From assembly GCA_009602725.1 (NCBI GenBank), contig WELB01000003.1, forward strand, positions 1,119,650 through 1,155,191: a stretch of DNA of 35,542 nt, written 5' to 3'. Origin of the DNA: Spirogloea muscicola. Its lineage: Eukaryota. The position numbers and the translations under genes are program-made. Below are positions 32,901 through 35,542 of this stretch, in pieces. Positions within the stretch are counted from its first letter, which is position 1, and each line of letters begins with the position of its first letter. Below the pieces are notes generated by a model. The model was not told where the DNA came from. It saw only the letters and a list, made by a program, of their open reading frames with translations, and did no database searches.

Positions 32901-35542
32901 TCCAGCATCCACAGACACTGGGGGTGGACTATTATTCTGTGTACCTCCAGCTGAATGTCATGAGCAGCCTGTGCTGAAGAACCGCCCTGAGTTGGCCTAG
33001 CGAAAATAACGTTCAAGGGCTGGCTGCCAGGCTTCAGACAGATGCCATTGGTGGCCTCCATAGCTTGTACTGCATCGTTCACCTATCAGAGGAGGAACAC
33101 AAGTTATCTCATTTACTTGGTGACCGTCCACTGAGAAAGTGAGGGACCTTGATGTCACAAGTTCAACCTCAGCCTGAGTGCCACGAGCTATGGTCGAAAT
33201 GGTTTGGGTCTGACATGCATGACTGTACCTCAAAGACCATTCGTTCAAAGAACTTACTGAGATAAGCAACGGCCAACACTCACCAACTGCAATGGCCATT
33301 GAGCCTTGAGTGTGTTGTTTTTAAGAAGATATAGTGGGATAGGGGCGTGCACGCAGGAGTAGATCAAGCACACGGGCAAGCACATGGCAGGGAAATCAAT
33401 AAAGACTCACCGCGTGGTAGTGAACAAATGCGAAGCCACGTGAGACGTGCGTCAGCTTGTCCCGAGCAATTCTCAATTCCTGACATCCAAGAGTTGCCAG
33501 AGTGAGCTGTCAGAACACATTGTCAAGTCATGGACATCAGTGACTTACTGTGATCTTGGGATTAAATATTGGATTGACAGCCCACAGGCGTGGTATCAAA
33601 TGCCTGCTCAAGAAGTAAATCTCAGGGGCTCCATCATTGTACCTGAATTGGGGCATACTTTGCAAACTCGAAATGCAGCGCCTCTTCGTCGATGTCGTCA
33701 CTGAGTCCTCTGACCATCAGCACGTTGTTGACATGTCGACCTCGTTCAGAATCGTGGGTTTCCAAGCTGGAATGATGCTGGGGCATGGCAGCTTCTGGCT
33801 GGTCCTTCGTTCTGGGCGCCTGACACTGCGGCAACAGCAGTTTGACACCAATGGCTGCTGAGATGAAAACCCGAAGACATCTACTCCACTGCTCCACTGC
33901 TGCACATTGTTATACCAACACAAGCAGACCTGAGACATGCACAACAGGAGGGACTGTGGGCTTGCAACTTTATGTATAGCAGTCCCGCACCTGAAAACAT
34001 TGTTGTCGCCTTGCGAAGTTGACACAGGAGCAGGAAGAGCAGATCCAGTCAGCAGGTGGCAAGTTGCCACCTGGTTTGACTCCCGCATAAGCTCCACCAT
34101 TGCCAGGCTTACTGCTACAACAGTGCTGCAGAGCTGTTAACGTTGACAAGAACGGTACTTGCAAATGCTTGACTGTGTGCATAGCGCACCTCTTCTATCT
34201 GTCATACTCAATCTCATGCATGCACAAGCCCACACTCTCCAACCCTCCCTCAAGCATCGTCCCTTTGACAGAGATGGGAAAAGCCAATACAACGCGCGTA
34301 AGCAGGATCGCGGCTGTGTGAAAATGATGTGTGATTATGGTTATGAAGTAGAGCATGTACCTGTACTCCAGAATAAGGTACCGCCCATCCAGCTGCAGGC
34401 CGTGCCTTCCAACCCCCTCCACCAGCCTTTGAGCAGCACCCTGGCACACAAAGTCGTGTGTGGCAAGCCGGAGCCCTCAATGGTCTGAGAGCCACGCAAA
34501 GGGCATCCATGCGGGGCTTCCCACTGCCACCATCCCGTTGGCTCTCAGCAGCCGCAGTGGGCTTTGCAAGCTGCCTGTGATGGTCAGGGCTTGAGGTCGA
34601 GGGGGGGCACGTAGTAGCAGCAGTTGCACAGCAGTAGTACCACGGACGGGAAGTCGACAAATGCAAAGCCCCGGGGCGCGCCAGAGGCCTTGTCCTTGAT
34701 GATGCGGCAGCCTGCCACAGGCCCCCAAGCAGTCTGCAGACCAGGGCGGTTGGCGTCACGAGATCAACATCGGGACGGCAAAAGCCCATGGCTGCTGACA
34801 TGAGCCTCGGCATTGAAGGACCTCGTCATCGTGTGCATCAGAGCGGCTGGACCTAGAGGCCGGCATCTTCCCCACCAGAAGCTCCAAGATGGCGTCCTCG
34901 GTCGCTCCGTGAGGAACGCCTTTGAGGACAATGGTTGCGGAGGGAGCCTGCACAGGTGTCCCAGTGGGGCTGAGACGAGTGCAACTCTGCAAGCCCAGGT
35001 GCCTGTCGCAGTGGCAGTTCCGATCAACAGGAGGACCTCCCAGGCTGCCTTGCCGCTGGGGCTCCAGATGCAGTCAAACTTCTCGCGGATTAGGAACTTT
35101 GGGCATCCTCGTGCACGGCCAACTTATCGCAACCATATTATTGTGGAATATACTTTCTCAGTGGGATAGACAACCATTTGTATTTGAATGTATTTTCCCT
35201 GTTGATGGCTGGCACACAGCAGCTGTAGGCCAGCCCCTGCGTACTTGTCCTCAAGCCATGGGACGTTGTAGTAGCAAGCACCTCGACGACGAATCCCCCA
35301 TCAAAAGTTGGGAATTTGGTGTCCTCAGACAGACCCCTACTACTGATAGCAGAAAAAATCGCCGGCCGCTCACCTCGCGCTCCGCGTGCCGCCCGCGTCT
35401 CGAGCGGTGGTCGGAAGTCGGGGAGGGCGAGCGGCTCCGGGACCGCCCGCGCGACCGGGTGTCGCGGCGGTGGCGCTCGCCCGACCGGCTCCGCTCGTCG
35501 CCGCCGGAGTCTGACAGCGACCGCTCCCGGCGGCGCCGCGCC
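29965..35542 (-). CDS. SUA: SUPPRESSOR OF ABI3-5 / RBM5-RBM10-like splicing factor (RS region, RRM, RanBP2 zinc finger, RRM, OCRE); 5' end outside window
   Basis: Exons >35542-35374, 34947-34876, 34733-34641, 34440-34361, 34114-33991, 33825-33643, 33479-33411, 33082-32945, 32468-31892, 31688-30810, 30619-30303, 30084-29965, all phase-consistent. Motifs RGFAFVDF, DWICSSCSCVNFARRQQCFQC, SRGFAFVHY, WDEASGYYY..TGLYYD, GKRRFSE. The last two exons are less certain. Confidence 0.88.
32568..32611. repeat. Perfect 22-bp tandem duplication in a SUA intron
   Basis: GTGACTATGACAATGCAGACAG twice. Confidence 0.95.

Overview
Eukaryotic, intron-rich, GC-rich genomic DNA. The proteins look streptophyte-like; my inference is a charophyte or zygnematophyte-type alga or another early-diverging plant lineage. 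The ORF track is mostly spurious because the genes are spliced, so I rebuilt exon chains by hand from GT/AG sites and phase continuity. Seven protein genes alternate strictly in strand: methionine gamma-lyase (-), PMP3/RCI2 small membrane protein (+), gamma-tubulin (-), kinetochore NUF2 (+), nodulin-like/NFD4-type MFS transporter (-), Rubisco-LSMT-like SET methyltransferase (+) and a SUA/RBM5-like splicing factor (-, runs off the window end). The 8.5-kb spacer between MGL and PMP3 is a transposon nest. It holds a deleted Ty1/Copia element (7239-10717), a MITE-like element, a (CT)n tract and many copies of an unclassified repeat family in both orientations. Strongest observations: (1) the Copia element has a half-tRNA(iMet)-type PBS and a gag ORF that starts inside the LTR; (2) it carries a ~140-bp inverted duplication replacing the integrase core and a perfect 22-bp hairpin in one LTR, which are candidate dsRNA/siRNA sources; (3) gamma-tubulin and NUF2 share a ~600-bp divergent promoter with MSA-like AACGG motifs; (4) the SUA-like protein appears to lack its G-patch and ends in a Pro/His-rich tail. 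No CRISPR array, rRNA or tRNA was found. No database searches were run; family assignments rest on recognised motifs.
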